From Bacteroidales bacterium (GTDB lineage Bacteria; Bacteroidota; Bacteroidia; Bacteroidales; VadinHA17): a stretch of DNA of 64,000 nt. The DNA lies in assembly GCA_024763075.1 (NCBI GenBank), contig JANTGF010000004.1, forward strand, positions 10,755 to 74,754. Direction: 5' to 3'. A program made the position numbers and the translations under genes. The notes under the pieces are model-generated. The model was not told the origin of the DNA and did no database searches. It saw only the letters and a program-made list of their open reading frames with translations. Every line of letters starts with the position of its first letter. The stretch's first letter is position 1. Below are positions 41,263 through 49,910 of this stretch, piece after piece.

Positions 41263-41358
41263 GCAAAAGCGGAAATCTTTTATTAAAAAGAGAGGTATAT
41301 TTGTAAGGAATAAAGAAGAAGGCCAGAAGTATTTTATCAAACATAAATTTCTAAACCA

Positions 41359-43530
41359 ATGAGAACATTATTATTTTCTTTTTTGCTCTTTATTAGTATT
41401 GAAGCTTTTTCAACCAATTATTATGTTGATTCAAGTGCAACAGGTGCTAACGACGGCACCAGTTGGGTAAATGCATTTGACAGCCTGCACATGGCACTTG
41501 CTGTGGCTGTAGATGCAGATACCATTTTTGTTGCTGAAGGTACTTACCGACCTGCGAATGGAACTGACAGGACGAAGTATTTTGTAATGCCCTCCGGTGT
41601 GAAATTGCTGGGAGGATATCCTTCCGGAGGAGGATGGCCAATGGTGGATGAGCATAAAACCATTCTGTCAGGTGACATAGGTGTGCTGAATGATGACAGC
41701 GACAATACCTATCATGTTATATTCTGTAACATGACCAACCCCCAAACAGAAATAGCACGCTTTTATATTACCGGTGGATATGCGGATGGAGATGGGGATG
41801 ACAGCAAAGGAGGTGGAATTGCCGTGAAGACAAATTCTTCCAGATATTACGGAGTATCAATCCGGGACTGTCGTGTATATGGGAACTATGCCAAATATGG
41901 TGGCGGGATTGACATCACACGGAAAGGGGATATTTTCAATTCGATTATCGAAAACAACCGGTGTCTTGTTTCAGGTGGGGGGTTGTACATAAATACAGAT
42001 GGAAGGGCATATAATACGATTATTCGGAATAATTATTCCGCCGGTACGGGTGGTGGTGTATATATCGGAGGATTCAATCTGGCCCCGGGGCTTGTAAATT
42101 GTTTAATTGCCAACAATGAGTCTGTAAGTTTCGGGAGTGGGATAGATCAGTATGAATCTTATGTAATCAACTGTACTATTGTTAATAATAAAGGTCCCGG
42201 AGGGGTCTATCAGAGTTCGATTTATTCAATAATGAGAAATTCTGTGATATGGGGGAACAAACCGTATCAGGTTCAAAATCCGGTTCTTTCAAAATTTGAC
42301 CATTGTGCGATTGCCGATCCGGATGTGGATTTTTCCTCCACAACCAATTTTTATATTGATACATTAAATGCAGGGTTGACGGATACGGTTAATTATCCTT
42401 ATTTTCGTTCTCCGGCAGATTCAGTTGGAAATGTTTCTACTCCTGAGGGATTGCAAAATATGAAGGAAGCAGACTGGTATATTGATCCCGGATCTGCCTG
42501 TATCAACGCAGGGGATAAAGATCTCTATCCTGCTGCTGCTCCCGCATATGACCTTTTGGATAATCCGAGAATAATTCTTGACACCATTGACATTGGGGTC
42601 TCCGAAGCTTTGATTGATGTAAGCACTGACACTGCAATTGTTATTGATGACAGGGTAAATCTTTACGGCACTGTTCTTTTTTCCATTGATCTCAACTTAA
42701 CCAAAAGAGGTTTTCTTTGGGGGGACAGTCCGGATAACATGGATCATAATATTGAAAATTCTACAAGTGGTTGGTACCGGTTTATGGATACAATACAGCA
42801 AATGCCCTCGCCTGGTATTTATTATTACCGTGCCTGGGGTATGGTTGGACCAAAGATATATCGTGCCCCCGTGAGGAGTTTTGTGGTTTGCTCAAGTGAT
42901 ACTTCTTTTGAAAACGTCCGGATATGCAAAGGAGAAAGTTATACATTTCCTGATGGAAGTACCTGGGACAACATATCTGCCGATGGAGAATATATCAGTT
43001 ATCTTTCTTCACAAACAGGATGTGACAGCCTTGTGATGACCAGTATCAGTGTCAGTGTGATAGATACATCTGTTAGCATTGACGGGATCATACTCACGGC
43101 TAATGCAGCGAATGCAGATTATCAATGGGTGAACTGTGATAATAATTATGAGATGATATCCGGGGCTACAGACCAGAGTTTTACTGCCTCACAAAACGGT
43201 AGTTATGCTGTGATAATCAATGAAAACAATTGCACCGATACTTCTTTTTGTTATGAGGTAACTACTGTTGGTATAAGAGAAACTGATTTTAAAGGTTCTT
43301 TTGAAATTTTCCCGAATCCGGTGAAAGACCAGTTAAATGTCAGATCAGGTGATGAAGACTTTTCCGGACAAATTGAACTTTGGAGTGTGCTGGGGAAGAT
43401 GGTTTACAGCCTGGGGGTGAAGGATGCCCGCACCATAAATATTTCCATGCCTGGTTTCAGGCCTGGAGTGTATTTTCTGAAAATACATGGGGAAAAGGAA
43501 ACGGCTGTATTCAGGATTCTGAAAGAATAA
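41359..43530 (+). CDS. T9SS type-A cargo: right-handed beta-helix (pectin-lyase-like / choice-of-anchor Q) protein
   Basis: YVD..ATG.NDGTSW.NAF, I.VAEGTYRP, GGG..N repeats, S.CINAG, D.L.NPRI...IDIG..E; CTD IFPNPV...G.YFLKI; TATATTTG box at 41296-41303. Confidence 0.9.
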   Translation: MRTLLFSFLLFISIEAFSTNYYVDSSATGANDGTSWVNAFDSLHMALAVAVDADTIFVAEGTYRPANGTDRTKYFVMPSGVKLLGGYPSGGGWPMVDEHKTILSGDIGVLNDDSDNTYHVIFCNMTNPQTEIARFYITGGYADGDGDDSKGGGIAVKTNSSRYYGVSIRDCRVYGNYAKYGGGIDITRKGDIFNSIIENNRCLVSGGGLYINTDGRAYNTIIRNNYSAGTGGGVYIGGFNLAPGLVNCLIANNESVSFGSGIDQYESYVINCTIVNNKGPGGVYQSSIYSIMRNSVIWGNKPYQVQNPVLSKFDHCAIADPDVDFSSTTNFYIDTLNAGLTDTVNYPYFRSPADSVGNVSTPEGLQNMKEADWYIDPGSACINAGDKDLYPAAAPAYDLLDNPRIILDTIDIGVSEALIDVSTDTAIVIDDRVNLYGTVLFSIDLNLTKRGFLWGDSPDNMDHNIENSTSGWYRFMDTIQQMPSPGIYYYRAWGMVGPKIYRAPVRSFVVCSSDTSFENVRICKGESYTFPDGSTWDNISADGEYISYLSSQTGCDSLVMTSISVSVIDTSVSIDGIILTANAANADYQWVNCDNNYEMISGATDQSFTASQNGSYAVIINENNCTDTSFCYEVTTVGIRETDFKGSFEIFPNPVKDQLNVRSGDEDFSGQIELWSVLGKMVYSLGVKDARTINISMPGFRPGVYFLKIHGEKETAVFRILKE

Positions 43531-43583
43531 TCTGTTATGTTGTATGCTTTTTTTAAATTACACCAAGAAATAGAAAAAATGTC

Positions 43584-43614
43584 TTTGATATTTGAAATAC
43601 ATTCTTTTACTTTG
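43584..43614 (+). promoter_or_regulatory. Putative trp operon promoter (-33 TTTG / -7-like TTACTTTG)
   Basis: TTTG at 43584, 19-nt spacer, imperfect -7 box just upstream of leader 1. Confidence 0.45.
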
Positions 43615-43632
43615 CAATGCAAACGAAAAGAA

Positions 43633-43692
43633 ATGCACAAGAATTCAAATAAAAACTGGTGGTGGCACAACGATTTTGACCAAACGTTGTGA
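43633..43692 (+). CDS. trpL: trp leader peptide 1 (MHKNSNKNWWWHNDFDQTL)
   Basis: 19-aa ORF with TGG TGG TGG upstream of trpE, followed by a terminator. Confidence 0.88.
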   Translation: MHKNSNKNWWWHNDFDQTL

Positions 43693-43714
43693 TAAGGCCT
43701 GTATATAATAATCT

Positions 43715-43746
43715 AAAAGCCTGTTGTGATCACAACAGGCTTTTTT
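43715..43746 (+). terminator. Attenuator terminator 1
   Basis: Perfect palindrome AAAAGCCTGTTGTGATCACAACAGGCTTTT plus TT. Confidence 0.9.
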
Positions 43747-43773
43747 AATGAAAGAGATAAATTATCAGAACTT

Positions 43774-43848
43774 ATGAGTAAAATATTAAACATACGGATC
43801 ATTTCAGGAAAAATGTCAGCATGGTGGTGGCAATGGAATGGAACATAA
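43774..43848 (+). CDS. trpL: trp leader peptide 2 (MSKILNIRIISGKMSAWWWQWNGT)
   Basis: 24-aa ORF (alternative ATG at 43813) with WWWQW, followed by a second terminator. Confidence 0.85.
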   Translation: MSKILNIRIISGKMSAWWWQWNGT

Positions 43849-43880
43849 ATTTAATGGGTGAAAACGGAAAAAGATGCACT

Positions 43881-43921
43881 AAGAGCGGCTTCCGGACACC
43901 CGGAAGCCGCTCTTTGGTTTT
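43881..43921 (+). terminator. Attenuator terminator 2
   Basis: AAGAGCGGCTTCCGG-acac-CCGGAAGCCGCTCTT then TGGTTTT (interrupted U-tract). Confidence 0.8.
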
Positions 43922-43955
43922 AAGAATATAGTTTTAGACTTTTATATTTACACAA

Positions 43956-45359
43956 ATGAAAAACTACTATTTTAAAATAAACACAAAAGAAATACTGGCA
44001 GACATCCTGACTCCTGTGGCAGTTTACCTTAAACTCAGGGATGTCTTTCCAAATTCAATTCTTCTGGAAGGGGCTGACTTTAAAGCAGGTGAAAATCAAT
44101 ATTCCTTTATTTGCCTGCAAGCCCTGGCAGGAGTTAAAGCTACCGGAAATATGCTGGAAACAAGATTTCCGGATGGACAACATGAAAAAATTGAGATGAC
44201 AAATCACAGGGAGGTTACGGATGTTTTAAGTGAGTATGCAAAAGTTTTTGTACCTGAAGAAGACATCAGCCATCTTCCTGCTACCGGACTTTTTGGCTAT
44301 TCAACTTATGAGGCGGTTACCTATTTTGAAGACATTCAGTTAAAAAGACCGGATAAAAACATGGTAATTCCGGATTTGTATTACCAGTTCTATAAATACA
44401 TTGTAGCTTTTAACCACACAAGCAATAAGATCATGCTCATTGAGCATCTGTTCAATGAGGATGCTTCCGGACTGCAATTTATTGAGGATCAGTTATTCAA
44501 TCGAACTTTTGCAGTATATCCCTTTCATCCGGTAAACGGGGAAACTTCCAATCTGACGGATGAAGAGTACAAAAATATAGTTACCAAAGGAAAACAACAC
44601 TGCCTGCGGGGAGATGTGTTTCAGATAGTATTATCACGGAGTTTTAGCCAGCAGTTTACCGGAGATGAATTTAATGTTTACCGTGCACTACGTTCAATTA
44701 ATCCTTCTCCCTACCTGTTTTATTTTGATTTTGGGAATTTTAAATTGTTTGGATCTTCTCCGGAAGCCCAGTTAAAGACCGGTTATGGAAAGGCACATAT
44801 CAACCCGATTGCAGGTACTTTTATGCGAACAGGGAATGATAAAGAAGACAGGGAGCTGGCGAAAAAATTATCGCTGGATCCTAAAGAAAACAGTGAGCAT
44901 GTAATGTTGGTCGATCTTGCCAGGAACGACCTGAGTCGAAATGCCGATGAAGTAAAACTAAATTATTTCAGAGAAATCCATTACTACTCTCATGTTTTGC
45001 ATATGGTTTCTGAAGTGGAAGGGAAGATTAGAGAAGGTACGGATCCTATACGGATTTATGCCGATACTTTTCCGGCAGGAACTTTATCAGGGGCACCAAA
45101 ATACAGGGCTATGGAACTGATTGATAAATATGAAAACCAGGCCCGTGGATTTTACGGAGGTTGTATTGGAATTATTGGCTTAGAAGGAAAAATTAACCTG
45201 GCTATTACCATACGTTCATTCATGAGTAAAGACAATACACTGCATTATCAGGCGGGAGCCGGGATTGTTGCAGAATCCTCTGAGGAAAGTGAGCTAAAAG
45301 AAGTAAAAAATAAACTGGCAGCACTGAAGAAAGCCATTGTTGAAGCAACTGAAATTTGA
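43956..45359 (+). CDS. trpE: Anthranilate synthase component I
   Basis: D.LTPV, GDVFQIVLSR, LRSINPSPY, SSPE, PIAGT, EH.MLVDLARND, PAGTLSGAPK, QAGAGIV. Confidence 0.97.
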   Translation: MKNYYFKINTKEILADILTPVAVYLKLRDVFPNSILLEGADFKAGENQYSFICLQALAGVKATGNMLETRFPDGQHEKIEMTNHREVTDVLSEYAKVFVPEEDISHLPATGLFGYSTYEAVTYFEDIQLKRPDKNMVIPDLYYQFYKYIVAFNHTSNKIMLIEHLFNEDASGLQFIEDQLFNRTFAVYPFHPVNGETSNLTDEEYKNIVTKGKQHCLRGDVFQIVLSRSFSQQFTGDEFNVYRALRSINPSPYLFYFDFGNFKLFGSSPEAQLKTGYGKAHINPIAGTFMRTGNDKEDRELAKKLSLDPKENSEHVMLVDLARNDLSRNADEVKLNYFREIHYYSHVLHMVSEVEGKIREGTDPIRIYADTFPAGTLSGAPKYRAMELIDKYENQARGFYGGCIGIIGLEGKINLAITIRSFMSKDNTLHYQAGAGIVAESSEESELKEVKNKLAALKKAIVEATEI

Positions 45360-45386
45360 AATGTTTAGTCATAATAAATATAACCA

Positions 45387-45959
45387 ATGAAAAAAATTTT
45401 AGTGATCGATAATTACGATTCGTTTACCTATAACCTTGTTCATTACATAAAGGATGTTACAGGGGAACTTCCGGATGTATTCAGAAATGATAAAATTACC
45501 GCCGGAGAAGCCAGGGAATACGACAAGATTTTACTATCTCCAGGACCGGGGATCCCGGATGAGGCGGGTAATCTTAAAGACATTATTAAACAGTGTGCTC
45601 CCCAAAAGAGTATGTTTGGTGTTTGTCTTGGTTTACAGGCAATTGCTGAGGTATTTGGCGGTACTTTGTACAATATGAATAGGGTTTATCACGGAGTTTC
45701 ATCGCCCATTATTATAACCAAAGAGAAAGATCCGGTTTTTGAAGGTATGCCTAAAGTTTTTGAAGGGGCCCGTTATCATTCATGGATAGTGAACCGGGAA
45801 GGGCTGCCTCAAACACTGAAAGTAACTGCCATTGATGAGGAGGCACAGATCATGGCGCTGAAACATACGGAGTTTGATGTGAAAGGGGTGCAATTTCACC
45901 CGGAGTCTATTTTAACCGAGAATGGAGCCAGAATCATTGAAAACTGGATAAATAACTAG
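45387..45959 (+). CDS. trpG: Anthranilate synthase component II (glutamine amidotransferase)
   Basis: IDNYDSFTYNL, SPGPG, GVCLG, RYHS, QFHPES. Confidence 0.97.
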   Translation: MKKILVIDNYDSFTYNLVHYIKDVTGELPDVFRNDKITAGEAREYDKILLSPGPGIPDEAGNLKDIIKQCAPQKSMFGVCLGLQAIAEVFGGTLYNMNRVYHGVSSPIIITKEKDPVFEGMPKVFEGARYHSWIVNREGLPQTLKVTAIDEEAQIMALKHTEFDVKGVQFHPESILTENGARIIENWINN

Positions 45960-45985
45960 AAAAAACAAACCTAAAATCACTTACC

Positions 45986-46990
45986 ATGACGGAAATGCGA
46001 CAAATAATTACCCATTTATCTGCGCACAAAACTTTAACCAGGGAAGAGGCGAGGAAGATACTTTCAGATATTGCCAATGGAATATACGATGAAGTGGAGA
46101 TGGCTTCTTTCATGACTATCTTTCTGATGCGGAGTGTTACTGTGGAAGAGCTTTCGGGGTTCAGGGATGCACTCCTGGAGCATTGCCTGCAGGTTGATCT
46201 GGCCTGCGATTCCCTGATTGATCTTTGTGGTACAGGAGGAGACGGGAAGGATACCTTTAACATTTCCACACTGGCGTCTTTTGTAACTGCCGGTGCCGGA
46301 GCTAAAGTTGCCAAACACGGTAATTATGGCGTTTCTTCTACCTGTGGTTCCTCAAATATTCTGGAGTTTTTCGGTTACCGGTTTACAAACAATCAGGATA
46401 ATCTCAGGAAACAGATTGAAAAAGCCGGAATTTGCTTTTTGCATGCCCCCCTGTTTAATCCGGCTATGAAAAATGTCGCCCCTGTCAGGAGAGGGCTCAG
46501 GGTAAAAACCTTTTTTAATATGCTGGGACCAATGGTAAATCCTGCCTTTCCACAAAAACAACTGGTGGGTGTTTTCAGCCTGGAGCTGGCACGTATTTAC
46601 AGCTATATTTATCAACAAACCGAAAAGGATTTTGTAATTATCCATAGTCTGGACGGGTATGATGAAATATCCCTGACCGGTGAATTTAAAATGATTAGCA
46701 ATAAAAAGGAACAATTAATTGATCCGGAACAGCTGGGATTGGAAAAGGCAAGAGCAGAGGATATAAAAGGTGGATCAACAATAAATGAATCTGCAGATAT
46801 TTTCAAAAAGATTCTGGAGGGGAATGGCACACCTTCACAGCAAAGTGTTGTTGCCGTAAATGCTGCCTACGCTTTGCAATGTTATTTTGAAAAAGATTTG
46901 GAAGAATGCCTGGCCATGGCGAATGAATCGATAAACAGTGGGAAAGCGAAACAGGCTTTTGAAAAATTAATAGAAGTATCGAATAGTTAA
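45986..46990 (+). CDS. trpD: Anthranilate phosphoribosyltransferase
   Basis: D.CGTGGDG..TFNIST, AKHGN..VSS..GS, DGYDE. Confidence 0.97.
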   Translation: MTEMRQIITHLSAHKTLTREEARKILSDIANGIYDEVEMASFMTIFLMRSVTVEELSGFRDALLEHCLQVDLACDSLIDLCGTGGDGKDTFNISTLASFVTAGAGAKVAKHGNYGVSSTCGSSNILEFFGYRFTNNQDNLRKQIEKAGICFLHAPLFNPAMKNVAPVRRGLRVKTFFNMLGPMVNPAFPQKQLVGVFSLELARIYSYIYQQTEKDFVIIHSLDGYDEISLTGEFKMISNKKEQLIDPEQLGLEKARAEDIKGGSTINESADIFKKILEGNGTPSQQSVVAVNAAYALQCYFEKDLEECLAMANESINSGKAKQAFEKLIEVSNS

Positions 46991-46999
46991 GTGAAGGAG

Positions 47000-47788
47000 A
47001 TGGAAAATACAATTCTTAATGAAATCATCCTGAGCAAGCAGAAGGAAGTGGAACTATTAAAAACTTCTGTTCCGATGAAGATGCTGTTGAAAAAGCAAAG
47101 AACCCGGGGGCATTTCTCCATAAAGGAGTTTTTATCGAAAATAGGTGCAAGCGGGATTATTGCAGAGTTCAAGCGCAGGTCTCCTTCCAGGGGCTGGATA
47201 AACAAAGAAGCAGAACCTGCTATTGTATTACCTGCCTATCAAGAGGCCGGGGCAAGTGCGGTGAGCATATTGACGGATCATCATTTTTTTGGAGGCAGTC
47301 TCTCTGACCTGGAGCTGGCAGGTGAACAAATTGATTTACCTGTTTTGAGAAAGGATTTTATTATTGACGAATATCAGATTGTTGAGGCGGCAATTGCAGG
47401 GGCAGATGTCATCCTCTTAATTGCTGCAAACCTGTCCACCGGAATGGTAATGCAGCTGGCTAATACGGCAAAACAACTTCAACTGGAGGTGCTGCTTGAG
47501 ATTCATAATCAGGAAGAACTCGGCCATATTTGTGAGGATGTCGACCTGGTTGGTGTGAATAACAGGAATTTGCATACTTTTAAAACAGAATTACAAACCT
47601 CCGTAGATCTGAGTACAAAAATCCCTGATCAATTTATGAAAATATCTGAAAGTGGCATTGATCATCCGGATGATATTAAGTTTTTAAAAAAACATGGTTA
47701 TAAGGGATTTCTGATAGGAGAACGTTTTATGAAAACAAATAATCCCGGAGGAGCGTGTGGTAAGTTTGTAAAAGAATTGGGTCCATGA
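47000..47788 (+). CDS. trpC: Indole-3-glycerol-phosphate synthase
   Basis: IIAEFKRRSPS.G, LRKDFII, GVNNRNL, ISESGI, FLIGE; start either ATG 47000 or GTG 46991. Confidence 0.97.
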   Translation: MENTILNEIILSKQKEVELLKTSVPMKMLLKKQRTRGHFSIKEFLSKIGASGIIAEFKRRSPSRGWINKEAEPAIVLPAYQEAGASAVSILTDHHFFGGSLSDLELAGEQIDLPVLRKDFIIDEYQIVEAAIAGADVILLIAANLSTGMVMQLANTAKQLQLEVLLEIHNQEELGHICEDVDLVGVNNRNLHTFKTELQTSVDLSTKIPDQFMKISESGIDHPDDIKFLKKHGYKGFLIGERFMKTNNPGGACGKFVKELGP

Positions 47789-47816
47789 GTAATAGATGAA
47801 GCATCCATGAAAAACG

Positions 47817-47900
47817 CCTGCCTGAATGAATTATTTGAGCAGGTAATGGGATGATAATAAAAGCCCCCGGTGGGGCGTGATGTATATAACCAGGGCTTTT
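47817..47900. repeat. Cluster of small GC-rich hairpins (REP-like) in the trpC-trpF spacer
   Basis: CCTGC...GCAGG (47817-47843); GCCCC-cggt-GGGGC (47863-47876); AAAAGCCC/GGGCTTTT (47859-47900). Confidence 0.45.
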
Positions 47901-48039
47901 AAGTAGGGGGGATGACAAAATATAAAACATTGACAAACTAAATGTAACAAAAATATAGGCAGGTGAAGATATATTATCTTTTAAAACTTGTTGAATTTGG
48001 GCTTGTCTTAAAATTAATTAATTATTTAATAGATTTATA

Positions 48040-48651
48040 ATGGGATTAAAGATTAAAATATGTGGAATGCGTGAAGAGGAGAACATCCTTCAGACAGATG
48101 CATTGAAACCGGATTATCTGGGTTTTATTTTTTATCCCCCTTCCCCCAGGTATATTGGTTCTGTTTCCCTTCCGGATGTGAATGCAAAAAAAGCGGGTGT
48201 GTTTGTAAATGAACCACTCCACTCCCTGCTTCAGAAGGCGGCTGTTTATAATCTTGATGTGATTCAGTTGCATGGGGAAGAGTCACCGGAGACATGTAAG
48301 GTGCTTCGTGAATTTAATTACGAGGTGTGGAAGGTTTTTAAAATAGGAGAGGATACAAATTCCGATATGGTAAAACCTTTCGAGGGACTTTGTGAGTATT
48401 TTTTATATGATACAAAGACAAACGGACATGGTGGTTCCGGAAAAAAGTTTGATTGGACAAAGCTAAATGAACTGTCATCACTGGGTCCGTTTTTGCTGAG
48501 TGGAGGCATCGGACCGGAAGATGTGGAGAGAATAAAGAATCTGAATATTGAGAATCTTGCAGGAGTAGATGTGAACAGCCGGTTTGAGGCAAGTGCTGCT
48601 GTAAAAGATATTGCAATGCTGTCAGACTTTATCAATGCAATAAGGAACTAA
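48040..48651 (+). CDS. trpF: Phosphoribosylanthranilate isomerase
   Basis: KIKICGM, GFIFY..SPR, GVFVNE, QLHGEES, GGSG..FDW, LSGGI, DVNS.FE. Confidence 0.97.
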   Translation: MGLKIKICGMREEENILQTDALKPDYLGFIFYPPSPRYIGSVSLPDVNAKKAGVFVNEPLHSLLQKAAVYNLDVIQLHGEESPETCKVLREFNYEVWKVFKIGEDTNSDMVKPFEGLCEYFLYDTKTNGHGGSGKKFDWTKLNELSSLGPFLLSGGIGPEDVERIKNLNIENLAGVDVNSRFEASAAVKDIAMLSDFINAIRN

Positions 48652-48668
48652 TAGATGAACTGTTTGTT

Positions 48669-49910
48669 ATGGATTATTTTGTAAATAAAAAAGGATATTA
48701 CGGAAAATTCGGTGGGGCTTATATTCCTGAAATGCTTTATCCGAATGTAAAAGAGCTGGAAGAGAACTATTTGAAAATTATGGAGAGTGAGGCTTTCAAA
48801 AATGAGTTTGCAAGCCTGCTTAAAAATTATGTTGGCAGGCCTTCTCCTTTGTATTACAGTGAGAGGTTATCAGGTAAATATGGAGTTAAGCTATATCTGA
48901 AAAGAGAGGACTTGAATCATACCGGCTCTCATAAAATAAATAATACCATCGGCCAGATACTGATGGCTCGTTTTCTTGGGAAGAAGAGGATTATTGCTGA
49001 AACAGGAGCCGGCCAGCATGGAGTGGCAACCGCTACGGTTTGTGCCAGGGAGGGAGTGGAATGCGTGGTTTTTATGGGTGCTACCGATGTTGCCCGCCAA
49101 AAACCCAATGTGGAGAAAATGGAAATGCTGGGTGCCACTGTAATACCGGTTGAATCGGGCAACAAAACACTTAAGGACGCGACCAATGATGCCATTCGTC
49201 ACTGGATAAGCCATCCGGATGAGACACATTATATCATAGGTTCTGTTGTGGGCCCTCATCCATACCCTGATATGGTGGCACGTTTTCAATCAGTGATTAG
49301 TAAAGAAATGCGTTCCCAGCTTAATAAACAAACGGGGTCTCCTTTACCGGACAAGATCATTGCCTGTGTGGGTGGGGGGAGTAATGCTGCAGGAGCTTTC
49401 TATCATTATCTGAACGAAAATAAAGTAGAATTGATAGCTGTTGAGGCCGATGGACTGGGTCTGGAAACCGGCCATACAGCTGCAACAACGGCAGCAGGTA
49501 CTCCGGGAATTATTCATGGAAGCATGACCTTGCTGATGCAGACCGGGGATGGACAGATCATTGAACCTTATTCTATTTCCGCCGGACTGGATTATCCAGG
49601 AATTGGTCCATTACATGCACATCTTTTTGATGTGAACAGAGCCGGGTTTTACCGGGCGACTGATCAGGAAGCTCTGGATGCTGCTTTTGAACTTACGCGT
49701 CTGGAAGGGATCATTCCTGCTCTTGAATCAGCACATGCATTGGCCGCTCTTCCAAAAATAAAATTCGGGAAAGGAGAAGTAGTTGTGGTGAATATCTCTG
49801 GTAGGGGAGACAAAGATATGGAAGCGTACAGGAAACATCTGTTAGCCGAAAAAAGGATGAAATTCAAAAAAGAAAGATTTAAATATTTATTTTGGAAATT
49901 TATAAAATGA
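48669..49910 (+). CDS. trpB: Tryptophan synthase beta chain
   Basis: LKREDLNHTGSHKINN, AETGAGQHG, GGGSNA, SAGLDYPG, GIIPALES, SGRGDKD. Confidence 0.98.
   Translation: MDYFVNKKGYYGKFGGAYIPEMLYPNVKELEENYLKIMESEAFKNEFASLLKNYVGRPSPLYYSERLSGKYGVKLYLKREDLNHTGSHKINNTIGQILMARFLGKKRIIAETGAGQHGVATATVCAREGVECVVFMGATDVARQKPNVEKMEMLGATVIPVESGNKTLKDATNDAIRHWISHPDETHYIIGSVVGPHPYPDMVARFQSVISKEMRSQLNKQTGSPLPDKIIACVGGGSNAAGAFYHYLNENKVELIAVEADGLGLETGHTAATTAAGTPGIIHGSMTLLMQTGDGQIIEPYSISAGLDYPGIGPLHAHLFDVNRAGFYRATDQEALDAAFELTRLEGIIPALESAHALAALPKIKFGKGEVVVVNISGRGDKDMEAYRKHLLAEKRMKFKKERFKYLFWKFIK

Noticed and set aside
43404-43670. 88-aa minus-strand ORF across the trp promoter
   Set aside because: Antisense to the T9SS gene end and trp leader 1; no motifs
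43715-43744. Perfect 30-bp palindrome as a repressor operator (Rex/CRP-like TGTGA..TCACA)
   Set aside because: Spacing fits neither consensus; position and T-run fit an attenuator terminator
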